A stretch of DNA of 64,000 nucleotides, taken from Octopus vulgaris. Its lineage: Eukaryota. Below are positions 39,960-53,298 of this stretch, piece by piece; positions within the stretch are counted from its first letter, which is position 1; every line of letters begins with the position of its first letter. A model generated the notes under the pieces. That model saw only the letters and a list, made by a program, of their open reading frames with translations, searched no databases and had not been told where the DNA came from. The DNA is taken from contig OX597829.1 in NCBI GenBank assembly GCA_951406725.2, positions 28,706,001 through 28,770,000 on the forward strand, written 5' to 3'. The position numbers were made by a program, and so were the translations under genes.

Positions 39960-40680
39960 GTTCTCTAAGTTCGACTTTTCATCGTTTTGGTCTCGATTAA
40001 ATAAAAGTCCCAGTCAGATACTGGAGTCGCGACTAAAACATTAGCTCAAAATTGCTGGCTTTGTGTCTAAATTAGAAGCAATTTAAAAGCGGTGAACTGC
40101 CAAAATCGTTAGAGCGTTGGAAAAAGTGCTTTCCGTTATTTATTCTGAGCCGTTTATGTTCTGAGTTCAAATCTCGCCGAAGTCATCTTTGTTTTTTTTA
40201 TCCTACAAAGCCGATTAAGTAAGTACTAATTATGTACTAAGGTCCCTGGTATCAACTAACTTCTCCCCGCGAATTTGTTGGTCTTGAATCCTAAGTAGAA
40301 ATATATAGAAGGCGGCGAGCTGGCAAATTCGTTAAGCCATCGGAGCGGGGCCTTGACATTTATTCTGGCTCTTTACATTTTGAGTTCAAATCCCGCCGAG
40401 ATCAACTTAACCCTCTTTCATTTTTTTCGGGGGGTCGATAAAATTAGCAAAATATCAGTCAAGTACTGAGGTAAATGGTATCGAATAACCCTTCCCCCTC
40501 AAAAGTGCTGGCCTCTTGCCCAAATTACAAACAATTATTATTAAGGTTGACTTTGCTTTTCTTCCTTTTGGGGGCCGATTAAATAAGTAGCAGTTGGGAA
40601 CTGAGAATCGATATAATCAACTCGTCTATTCCCAAGCTCCAAATTTTCAGGGCTTGTGCCTACAGCAGAATTTATTATTA
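39960..40680 (+). mobile_element. Head-to-tail cluster of S2 SINEs with retained CpGs
   Basis: GGCGGCGAGCTGGC head, GAGTTCAAATCCCGCCGAG B-box, GGGGTCGATAAA body, and CTTGTGCCTA..(TTA)n tail. Confidence 0.75.
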
Positions 40681-40936
40681 TTAACAAACAAACAATACAG
40701 ACGAGTTAATTTATAAGGAACTAAAGTTATTTTCTTAGAAGAACTAAATATACTTGTAATGCAAAACAAATTAAATGTAATTGTATGAATCTTCTAAAAG
40801 AGGACTGTTAAAGAAATAAGTAGGTAGATGACGGTTTTTTTCTTTTCTTTTTAATAAAGAAAGCAACAGTTATTATAAAACATTAATCAATAAAAACTTA
40901 CTAATTGATCTAGCACGATAACTGTTAATAGAAAAA

Positions 40937-40994
<58 letters not shown>

Positions 40995-41387
40995 TGAAAA
41001 GTAGGAAAACCAATAATGAAAAACACACCGAGCTTGCTGTTTAGGTTTATTTTTTCCTTCCTGTATAAGCAACCAAAGAAGCGAAACATTTTCTATATGA
41101 ATGACATTCCTACCAGATGAAACTTGACGCATGTGGAAGATTTTTTTTTTTTCTTTTTTTTTTTTCAGTAACTGCCTTAAATCTATATGCAGAACATAAA
41201 ACAAATAAGTAACACACACAGATATTTTAAATCTTCTTCAATTGTCAATATTAATTTCCCGCTAAGATTTTTTTTTTCCCCCTTTTCTTTTTCCAGATTA
41301 TATCAGATAACTATTAATTGTTGACACATAAAATCACGTTATATCTATTACAGGCAACTACAATATGTATGTATGTATGTATATATA

Positions 41388-41420
<33 letters not shown>

Positions 41421-42462
41421 GTTACATATGCACGTGTGTGTGTGTTAGTGTGTGGGTGTATGTATGAATAAATACCTGAAAACTTAACGTGAAAAGTAAG
41501 CAGAGCCAACAGGGTAGATTTAGGTTAGCAGTGAAAACAGTCATAATTGCATCTAGCGTGATTATCTGAATGAGTGTGTGTTGGTGTGTGGTGTGTGCGT
41601 GCGCGCGAACGTATGTATGTGTTTGTATATATATATATATATATACATGCGTGTGTGTGTGTGTGTGTATGTAATTATCTGCTGTTCGTGTTTCTTGTGT
41701 GAAGTCGTTTATCATTTTTTTCTTTATACATTTTTTTTTAACAGTCTTTACCCACGAAAAGAAAGAAGTTCAGTGAAAATGTAAATTATATTCAGGTTCG
41801 CTTAGATTATTATTATTATTATTATTATTTTGCTTCTTTTTTTTTTTTTTTTTTTTTCGGAGGAGTCAGTTAGGCAACTATAACTTTTTTTTCCTTTGAG
41901 CGTCAAAGTAATAATATTAACTGTGAATGTCCCCTTAGAGTTTTGTAATTTTTTTTTGTATTTGATTTTGCCTTTTGTTATTGATTTGCTCTACCTGTCA
42001 CATATGCTGGTATGTAAAAGGAACTAAGGGAGGGGAAAAATATATAACGTACGGATCCCTGAACACTAGGAGCACTTATCTAACAGGCGATCACACACAC
42101 GTACACAGATAGACTGATAACACACACACTTAAAAGTATATTTTAGGCACACCTATGAAAATAGCACTGGTGTACTTACATTACATACATTACAGGTTTG
42201 TGTCGCTTACACCGATGCAAATACACACACGCACACAAATATATACAAACCCATTTAAATAACGAGTCTACTTGAAATATAAGTATATCGTGAATAAAGG
42301 CTACTCTACTACTACACCTGGACACGTTGATTTCTGATTTGAATCTAGGAAAAAAAAAAAAAACAGCAAAGACCTGCACTGATTCACATGTACAAATAGT
42401 GTTTAACATTATATAGTAGAAGGTAGGGAGAGATTGGTATATTATAATAAATACCTTTTATA

Positions 42463-42493
<31 letters not shown>

Positions 42494-42674
42494 ATTGAAT
42501 GCACACACGTGTGTGTGTATGATTGTTGAATTATTAAGATTATTGTTCCAAAGCAAGTTTTAAAACAACGGAATATTACCTGATGAAGAGAGACCCAATA
42601 CTCGAGAGTAGAGTCAAATTTATAAAATTTTTGTTGAGTGGGAGTTGTGTTTGAATAAGCCGCGCGCGCGCCTT

Positions 42675-42706
<32 letters not shown>

Positions 42707-42912
42707 TCATACACATAGTTTATAAAGAGTATATAATTATATAGATTCAACACATGTGTATTTACATATTTTGCTATACGACCATTTCTATAGTGTATGT
42801 ACATATATATATATATAATTTCAACAATTGAGGGTAAAATTAATTAATTATTAATCAATTTCATACACACATGCATGCATGCATATATATATATATATAT
42901 ATACATGCATGC

Positions 42913-42947
<35 letters not shown>

Positions 42948-43114
42948 TGCATACATAAAAATATATATGTATGCATGTGCATCTGTCACATGCCCAATTG
43001 GAGGAGTTGCTAGAGTATTAGATTGAGTTCAAATCCAATCGAAGTCGATTTGATCTATTATCTTTATGGAGCCAATGAAATACCACTCCTGTGCGGGAAA
43101 CAGTTCGTTCCCCA

Positions 43115-43166
<52 letters not shown>

Positions 43167-43467
43167 ATCTGTTTCTATCTCTGGAAAAATCAGTTTGGTC
43201 AGCCCAAAACATACCGTATGTTGTGACAGCACTTCTACAACGTCATCAGGAGCCGAGGGCGCATAATACACTCATAGACTATGTCCGTGTGTGAGATAGC
43301 GGAGGGGGGCACATATACACCGTAAGATGCCCTACAATTATTTGAACAGATTCTGACCCGATGGACGATTGGTCGAGACAATCAGAGACCGATGGATGAT
43401 AGGCGGAACAATCACAGTGATTAATAAAGTTTTCTCTTAAATTTCATTTTCTTTCTCGCATATTGTT

Positions 43468-43522
<55 letters not shown>

Positions 43523-44219
43523 AACATCATTATCATCACTCAACGCCTGTTTTCCATGCTGGCATGGTTTGGTTGATTTGATATTATATGGAGAGCTGCA
43601 GGGCTCCATCGAGTTCCAGGCATGGTTTCTGCAGCTGGATGTCCTCCCTAACGCCAATCAGAGTGTACCGGGTGTTTTTTTTTTTCTTGCCATCGACGGT
43701 AGTGAGGTTGCCAAGTAACTTATATGACAAGGAAAAAAAAATTTAAATAGGGGGGGCATAACTAAGTGAGAGGGTGAGTATTTAAGAGTATTAACAATGC
43801 CAGTTGTTTGGAGGTTAAAATATGACAGAGGGACAAGCAAAGACTATTCCATATTATATAAGGTTGTGATGAGTAGCTGGAAAGAAGATAAAGATAGTAG
43901 TGATGGGGTGCCAGAACAAATTCTCACAGTACATGATAAATTTGTGTGTGTGTACATTTTAGATCTTACTGATCCACTCTCTATTACCAATCTTTTTAAT
44001 GACTGTTTGCAATAACTTGTTAATGATTATCTATAACAGCTTGACAATGAATGATGGACAAAATAGTAAACCATTTGGTGACACACATTACTCTTTTAAG
44101 CTATGGATAAGAACAAAGAATTGCATAAACCTTCTTTCAGAAGCACAGAGCTGACACAAGTTTACCCAAGCGGGACTGATAAACACACACAAACTTTTCT
44201 ATGAGAGGTAAAACTTTAG

Positions 44220-44785
44220 GGCAGCCACTCTTAACAGTGGCACTATGAAGGTAGGTTTGAGACTATAGAAAAGTTAGAGCTGAGATGAGTGGGTATGTGC
44301 TGTGTGCATGAGTCATGATGGAGGAGAGCTTTAGTCAGACTCCTCAGGCAAAGACACAGGTGTATAAATTGTTTTGGGTGGGTAAGAACTGCTGGATAAG
44401 TGGTGTTGGCATTCTGTTAGTAGAAAATTGGATAAAGAATATAATGGAGGTAGTCAGAGTAAGTGGTAGAATTGTCAAATTTTGATTGGCCATAGGCAAA
44501 GTTTCTGGGTAAGTAAATGAATGGAATGATGGGTTTTATGAGACCATTCTGCAAACTACCTGAATAACAAATGACGATAACTTCACTATCACAGGTGGTG
44601 ATTTCATTGAGTGTGTTATACAACACCACTATGGTGGCTTTGGGTTCAGAATAAAAAACTGAAGAGATCAAGACTCCTGGAATATTGAGAAGCAAGTGAT
44701 CTCAAGATCTACAGCACAAACTTCAAGAGCCATACCATTAACTAATCTGGTGAGCTCTCAAGTTAGATAGACTATAGTCTCATCA
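44220..44785 (+). mobile_element. Decayed RTE LINE APE endonuclease domain
   Basis: TLNSGTMK..VGMCCVHES*WR..YKLFWVG..SGVGILLVENWIKNIMEVVRVSGRI..GGDF..HYGGFGF..RLLEY..TNFK..IDY in disrupted frames. Confidence 0.75.
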
Positions 44786-45541
44786 TAGGTGAAAAATAAA
44801 TTTTCCAATATGAACGAGTGGTATAGCTGTGTGGCGAAAAGTTTACTTCAAGACCACATGGTTTTGGGTTCAGTTTCACTGTGTAGCATCTTAGGTAAAT
44901 TTCTTCTACTATAGACCCATTGACCAAAAGCCTTGCTATTTGGAAGATGAAAACTGAAAGAGGGCCATTGTTTGTGTGTGTGTGTTATTGTCTCCTTAAC
45001 TTGACATCACTTGGCAGTTGTAGGCAAATGTTACAGCTATGCAAGTGCTGTCCATCTCCAATCTTCCAGGATCATGAGAGAAATGTTACCGTACTTGGAA
45101 ACAAATGAGCATTGGCAACAGGAAGGGCATCTGACCAAAGATAAACCACGCAGTCACAGAGAACTTCGACAAATTCCATCCAATGCAGGCAAGCATGGAA
45201 AAGTGGACATTAAAACAATGATGATGATGCATCAGCACAAAAAAAGTACTCAGTACACTATAGTATTTGGACAATCGAGATGTGTTTGTTAGCACTTTGT
45301 AGTAGTGTCAAGCACAAGACAAGAACTATAAACAGCAGTGCCATACTAAAAAATGCACACCATACACTCTGCAAAATGTTGCTTGTTAAGAAGTATATCT
45401 AATCATACAGAACAAAGCAAAATAAGACACAAGCAATCCTCTTGAGCCATCAAACTCTTGCAAGTACCAAAAGTGGATGCAATATAATAGATGCATGTGC
45501 ATATATGTGTAAAGGTAGTTATGCTTATAGATGTAAATATG

Positions 45542-45824
45542 GGAAGGAAAAGAAAAAAGAAAATAAGAAAGCTTCTAATTATACCTGAAAGTTTTACAAA
45601 AACCTGTATACCTCAGGTGTAAAGACCCACCCTCAGAAATAAGCAGTCTGGGAAATGTCCAGTTACACCAATTCCGTTACCTTAGAGAAACTCAGTAGTT
45701 TCAGGAAGTAATGGAATCAGTGTAACTGGAGATTTCCAGAATTGCTTCCTTCTGAAGAGAGGCCTTTGCACCTGAAATATAGTTATAATTAGAAACTTTC
45801 TTATTTTCCCTTTTCTTTTCCTTC
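45542..45824. repeat. Imperfect ~130-bp inverted repeat containing a hammerhead-like motif at 45752-45780
   Basis: GAAGGAAAAGAAAA..AAAATAAGAAAG..CCAGTTACAC..ATTCC..TTAC is mirrored by GTAA..GGAAT..GTGTAACTGG..CTTTCTTATTTT..TTTTCTTTTCCTTC. Confidence 0.75.
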
Positions 45825-46032
45825 TTTGATACGACATTGCTTCAAGGGAAGCACAATGCTCTTTTATATATATATATACAAATAAATACAACAGACTTCT
45901 TTCAGCTTCTATCTACCAAAATCTAATCATTGCTTCGTCCACGGTGAAAGTAGAAGACACACAATAGGACTAAAATAAAACCACATGATAGGGAAGTAAG
46001 CATTTTAACCACACAGCCACATTTGTTTTGTG

Positions 46033-46072
<40 letters not shown>

Positions 46073-46074
<2 letters not shown>

Positions 46075-46360
46075 GAGGCGCAATGGCCCAGTGGCTAGGG
46101 CAGCGGACTCGCGATTTCGATTCCCAGACCGGGCGTTGTGAGTGTTTATTGAGCGAAAACACCTAAAGCTACACAAGGCTCTGACAGGGGATGGTGGTGA
46201 TCCCTGCCGTACTCTTTCGCCACAACTTTCTCTCACTCTTTCTTCTGTCGGCCTGCTCGCTTAGCCAGCGGGGTGGCGTCATTTGAAGGCTAAAACAATG
46301 CGAAGCGCATTGTGACCAGCGATGTGTAGCAACATCTGATAGCCTGGTCGGTCACGTGAT
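46073..46360 (+). mobile_element. S3 SINE with an alternative 3' module
   Basis: The first ~165 bp match the reverse complement of 15580-15748; the 3' ~120 bp are unrelated. Confidence 0.85.
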
Positions 46361-46813
46361 ATATATATCTCCAGTCAACATGCACATTTCCATGTGAGCA
46401 TGAAGTGCACAAAACTGTTTCATGTGATTTTCTATGACCAGATGCCCTTCTTAAAGACAAACCTCACCTGCTTCCAAATAACAATGATTTCCCTGGACCA
46501 GAGATGTTTTGAGGGACTATTAGAAACAAATGACATTGTTTTTAATGACAGTGACTCTTGTTTACAACAACTGCACAATGTCAAGACAAGGAAAAACAAA
46601 CAAATTCACCCACACACAAATCTGCGTATATATAAAAAGAGAGTCTTTCAGTTTTGGTCAACCGATGCCATTTTGCAAGGATCTGGCAGTCCTAGCACTA
46701 AGCCATGCAGTCACACAGAACCTGAAAATTTTGCCCTTAGGAAGTGAACTACTTAACACAACACACACCTATGTATAAATGTATACATATTAACATATAT
46801 ATGCACATGCATA

Positions 46814-46860
<47 letters not shown>

Positions 46861-46862
<2 letters not shown>

Positions 46863-48040
46863 TTAACATCAACATCATTAAACATCCGTTTTCCATGCTG
46901 GCATGGGTTGGACAGTTTGACTGAGGGCTGGACAGCCAGAAGGCTGCACCAGTCTCCAATCTGATCTAGCAAAGTCTCTGCAGCAGGATGTCCTTCCTAA
47001 TGCCAACCACTCAAAGAGTGTAGTGGATGCTTCTATGTACCACCGGCACAAGGGCCAGTCAGGTGGTATTGGCATCAGTCACTCTCAAATTGCACTTTTT
47101 ACGTGCCACTGGCACCGATCATGCTTGAATGGTGCTTTTAATGTTCCACTGGCATGAGTGTTAATCAGGCGGTACTGTCATCGGCCATGACAGTGATTTC
47201 ACTTGCCTCAACAGGTCTTCACAAGCATAGCTTATTATTCAATGATTGAAGGGTACTCTTAAATAGGCTGGTTATACAGCACTGGCATAGGCCACCGTTA
47301 TGGTCTCACTTGGCTTGCCAGGTTTTCTCAAGCACAGAATATCTCCAAAGGTCTCGGTCACTTGTCATTGTTTGGTGAGGCCCAATGTTCGAAGGTCATG
47401 CTTCACCACCTCATCCTAGGTCTTCCTCTTCCACAGGTCCCCTCAACTGCTAGGGTGTGATACTTTTTCACACAGCTGTCCTCATCCATTCGCAACACAT
47501 GACTATACCAATACAGTCGTCTCTCTTGCACACCACATCTGATGCTTCTTACGTTCAACTTTTCTTTCAGGGAGCTTACACTCTGTCGTGTATGCACATT
47601 GACATTACACATCCAGCTGAGCATACTGGCTTTATTCCTTGCAAACTTATGCATGTCCTCAGCAGTCATGGCCCATGTTTCACTGCCATATAGTATAGCT
47701 ATTTGCACACATGCGCCACACAGTCTACCTTTTACTCTGAGCGAAAGGCCCTTTGTCACCAGCAGAGGTAGGAGCTCTCTGAACTTTGCCCAGTCTATCC
47801 TTACTCTAGCAGCTACATTTTCAGAGCATCCACCCCTGCTACTGACTTGGTCACCTAGGTAACGGAAGCTTGTTTTTTCCCCCTGGAATGTAATGGAATC
47901 TGTTCTCTGCACGTTTTCAGAGTTTATTGCTCCTGAGCATTTGCCACACACAAAAACTATCTTTCCAGTTAGCCTTCCTTTTATATTGCTGCACCTCATA
48001 TGTGTCCATAACTTACACTGTGCACATCTTATGGAGTTTT
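46861..48040 (-). mobile_element. 5'-truncated RTE-clade LINE (C-terminal ORF, 3' UTR and (GAT)n-type tail)
   Basis: ORF 47403-47999 reads FRYLGDQVS..ARVRIDWAKFRELLPLL..LYGSETW..RRLYWYSHVLRM..GRGRPRMRW. The 3' UTR carries the same GGCAC-TAAAA repeats and tail as 12357-12820. Confidence 0.9.
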
Positions 48041-48132
48041 GACCTACTCATATACATATATACACGTACATGGACATACACAAATTTGTGTATACACAAA
48101 CACACACACATATATATATATACACACATTCA

Positions 48133-48422
48133 TTTAAGAATCGTTATTGTAACCATGTTGCCAGATCTAAGACATTCAACATCTTTGGCAGATTTTTGTA
48201 TGGTGACTGAAGGAGGATAAAATGAAGAACAGCATAAATTGGTCCATAGTAAAATATGCAAACCCATACGATATAGTATCCAGGAGATGCCGTCTCTGCT
48301 CCGGGGAATCCCTGTCTTTTCTGTGGACTAACAAAATCATTAACAGAATTTCTGAACAACTCTTAAGATGCCAACACACATGTACGTGTACTTTCATACA
48401 ATACAGTATGAAAGAATTTTGA
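48133..48422 (+). mobile_element. Penelope-like element GIY-YIG endonuclease C-terminal remnant
   Basis: FKNRYCNH..RHSTSLADF..VW*LKE..INWSIVKYANPY..SRRCRLCSGE..NRISEQLLRCQH matches the PLE endonuclease pattern FKxRYxNH/STxLSxxIWxLK/WxIxxxAxPY/CxLCxxE/N..SE..CxH. Confidence 0.75.
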
Positions 48423-49110
48423 GTAACTTAACATAATTTAATTTACATTAAGGTAAAATTACATTAGGGCAAAAGTTTACTTTTACCCTCCCCATTCGTT
48501 AAAACATCAAGTATATAGTTAACTCACTTTGTGATCATGAGTACACCAAACCTCACATGTGCATATGCTCACATTTTTGCGGATGCTTGCATGAGTGAGT
48601 GTACACGCACCATACAGCTTGCCCAAGGGCATTTATACATCCATATCTGTTAATGGTTACTTTAACACTTTTCTCGCAGGAGTGAGTGTTCATTTCTCTT
48701 TTTGTCATCTGTGATTTTATTTTTGAACTTCTATATAAATGAAGATATTTCCTCCGTCTGGCTGTTTTCCTCTCTATAAAACGGGGAAGTCACATTGAGG
48801 AAGTGTTATTATAATGATTTTTCTTTACCAACCAGCAAAATACATCTGCACCACTGGATACTCCTGAATAAGTTGCTGAGTATCCCACCCATAAGGGATC
48901 GATGCTCATGGTGTAAAAACAATTATTGATTATATATATGTATATGTGTCTGTATATGTATATATATATACATACACATATATATATACACACACATACA
49001 CACATATATATACATACACATACATATACACACATATGTATCTATGTATATACATATATATATATATATATCTAAATACATATGTATATATATATATATA
49101 TACACACATA

Positions 49111-49151
<41 letters not shown>

Positions 49152-49220
49152 ATGTATGTACATGTATATGTATATCTATATATATATGTATATCTATCTA
49201 TGTATGTATATATATGTATA

Positions 49221-49264
<44 letters not shown>

Positions 49265-49709
49265 TATATGTATATCTATACATATATATATGTATATCTA
49301 TATATATATATATCTATACATATATATATGTATATCTATACGTATATATATGTATATCTATACATATATATATGTATATCTATACATATATATATGTATA
49401 TCTATACATATATATATGTATATCTATACATATATATGTATATCTATACATATATATGTATATCTATACATATATATGTATATCTATACATATATATGTA
49501 TATCTATACATATATATGTATATCTATACATATATATGTATATCTATACATATATATGTATATCTATACATATATATGTATATCTATACATATATATGTA
49601 TATCTATACATATATATGTATATCTATACATATATATGTATATCTATATATATATGTATATCTATACATATATATGTATATCTATACATATATCTATACA
49701 TATATATAT

Positions 49710-49842
49710 GATTTTGATTTTGATTTTTCCAGTTTCAGCTAATGAGCTGTAGCCATGCTGGGGCACCGCCATTTGGTTTGCTACACGATTTTACCTCACG
49801 GATGCTTTTTAGCACAAGCCATCTGATGCATGAGAGAGTTCT
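49710..49842 (-). mobile_element. LINE 3' end fragment (same family as 50755-50980)
   Basis: Reverse complement reads GAACTCTCTCATGCA..CCAAATGGCGGTGCCCCAGCATGGCTACAGCTCATTAGCTGAAACTGGAAAAATCAAAATC. Confidence 0.8.
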
Positions 49843-50130
49843 GATGATAGATATATGTATATCTATATATATATATCTATACATATATATATACATATGT
49901 ATATCTATATATATATATCTATACATATATATATATATATATATATACATATATATATGTATATCTATATATGTATATCTATATATGTATATCTATATAT
50001 GTATATCTATACATATATATATATATATATACATATATATATGTATATATATATATATCTATACATATATATATATTTATACATATATATATGTATATAT
50101 ATATGTATATCTATACATATATATATATAT

Positions 50131-50162
<32 letters not shown>

Positions 50163-50754
50163 CTATACATATATATATATATTTATACATATATATATGT
50201 ATATATATATATATGTATCTATATATATATATGTATATCTATACATATATAATATATATATCTATACATATATATATACATATATAATATATATATTTAT
50301 ACATATATATATACATATATCTATACATATATATATATATATCTATACATATATATATATCTATACATATATATCTATACATATATATATATATCTATAC
50401 ATATATATAAATATATATATATACATATATATATATGAATATATATATATGTATATCTATACATATATAATATATATATATATGTATATCTATACATATA
50501 TAATATATATATATGTATATCTATACATATATAATATATATATATGCATATCTATACATATATAATATATATATATGTATATCTATACATATATAATATA
50601 TATATATGTATATCCATACATATATAATATATATATGTATATCCATACATATATAATATATATATGTATATCCATACATATATAATATATATATGTATAT
50701 CCATACATATATAATATATATATATGTATATTTATACATATATAATATATATAT

Positions 50755-50980
50755 CAGATGTCTTTAAAATGAAGCTGGATCTCTTCCTCTCAGGTGACCC
50801 AGATGAACCAACTTCACGGCAGGAGGGGCAGATGAGGGCAGCTGCATCGAACTCTCTCATGCACCAAATAGCAGTTGCTAGAAAGCCTTCATGAAGTGAA
50901 ACCAAGTAGCAACACCAAATGGCGGTGCCCCAGCATGGCCACAGCTCATAAGCTGAAACTGGAAAAATCAAAATCAAAAT
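50755..50980 (+). mobile_element. LINE 3' end (ORF C-terminus, 3' UTR and AAAATC tail)
   Basis: Translates DVFKMKLDLFLSGDPDEPTSRQEGQMRAAASNSLMHQI, a FKxxLDxFL..PDEP..SNSL pattern seen at LINE ORF2 ends. Confidence 0.75.
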
Positions 50981-51057
50981 ATATGTATATTTATACATAT
51001 ATAATATATATATATATGTATATTTATACATATATAATATATATATATATGTATATT

Positions 51058-51138
<81 letters not shown>

Positions 51139-51144
51139 CTATAC

Positions 51145-51180
<36 letters not shown>

Positions 51181-51214
51181 TATATATGTATATATATGTA
51201 TATCTATACTTATA

Positions 51215-51268
<54 letters not shown>

Positions 51269-51313
51269 TATATATGTATATATGTATATCTATACTTATA
51301 TATATATATATCT

Positions 51314-51357
<44 letters not shown>

Positions 51358-51482
51358 CTATACTTATATATATATATATATATACATATAAATATATATG
51401 TATATATATGTATATCTATACTTATATATATATATATCTATACATATAAATATATATATATATATGTATATCTATACATATA

Positions 51483-51533
<51 letters not shown>

Positions 51534-51816
51534 CTATACTTATATATATATATATCTATACATATAAATATATATGTATATATATGTATATCTATACTTA
51601 TATATATCTATACATATAAATATATATATATATATATATCTATACTTATATATATATATCTATACATATAAATATATATATATATATGTATATCTATACT
51701 TATATATATATATACTATACATATAAATATATATATATGTCTATAAATATATATATATATGTCTATACATATAAATATATATATATATATCTATACTTAT
51801 ATATATATATCTATAC

Positions 51817-51856
<40 letters not shown>

Positions 51857-52086
51857 ATACATATAAATATATATATATATATACTTATATATATATATCT
51901 ATACATATAAATATATATATATATACTTATATATATATATCTATACATATAAATATATATCTATACATATAAATATATATCTATACATATAAATATATAT
52001 CTATACATATATATATATATCTATACATATAAATATATATCTATACATATAAATATATATCTATACATATAAATATATATCTATAC

Positions 52087-52134
<48 letters not shown>

Positions 52135-52189
52135 ATATATATATATCTATATATATATATATCTATACTTATATATATATATGTATATC

Positions 52190-52220
<31 letters not shown>

Positions 52221-52316
52221 CTATACTTATATATATATATGTATATCTATACTTATATATATATATATCTATACATATAAAATATATATATCTATACATA
52301 TAAAATATATATATCT

Positions 52317-52362
<46 letters not shown>

Positions 52363-52368
52363 TATATC

Positions 52369-52401
<33 letters not shown>

Positions 52402-52657
52402 CACATACATACATACACACACACATACATACATACACACACACATATATACATACACACTCACATATATGTGTATATATATATATATATATTAGTAAAA
52501 ATGGTATATATATATACATATAAGCACATATATGTATATAGACGTGTATATATATATACTCATATATACATACATATATATATGCATATATATACACAAA
52601 TAAATACATATATACATACACATTTAAATATAAATAAACACATATACATACATTTAC

Positions 52658-52738
<81 letters not shown>

Positions 52739-53298
52739 CACATACATATATATACATACATATATACACATAAATATATCTATACATATATACACATACA
52801 TATATCTATACATATATACACATACATATATGTATAGATATATATACATACATGTCTAGATATATATACATACATGTCTAGATATATATACATACATATA
52901 TGTCTAGATATATATACATACATATATGTATAGATATATATACATATATGTATAGATATATATACATATATGTATAGATATATATACATACATATATGTA
53001 TAGATATATATACATACATATATGTATAGATATATATATATATATATATATACACATTATATATATATATATATATACACACACACATCTATATATTTGG
53101 CACATTAGCTGTGCCGGTGGCACATAAAAAGAACCCACTACACTCACGGAGTGGTTGGCGTTAGGAAGGGCATCCAGCCATAGAAACATTGCCAGATCAG
53201 ACAGGGCCTGGTGCAGCCTTCTGGCTTCACAGACCCCAGTTGAACGCTAAATGATGATGATGTTATTTACATGTACGCACATACATATATTTAGAGAG

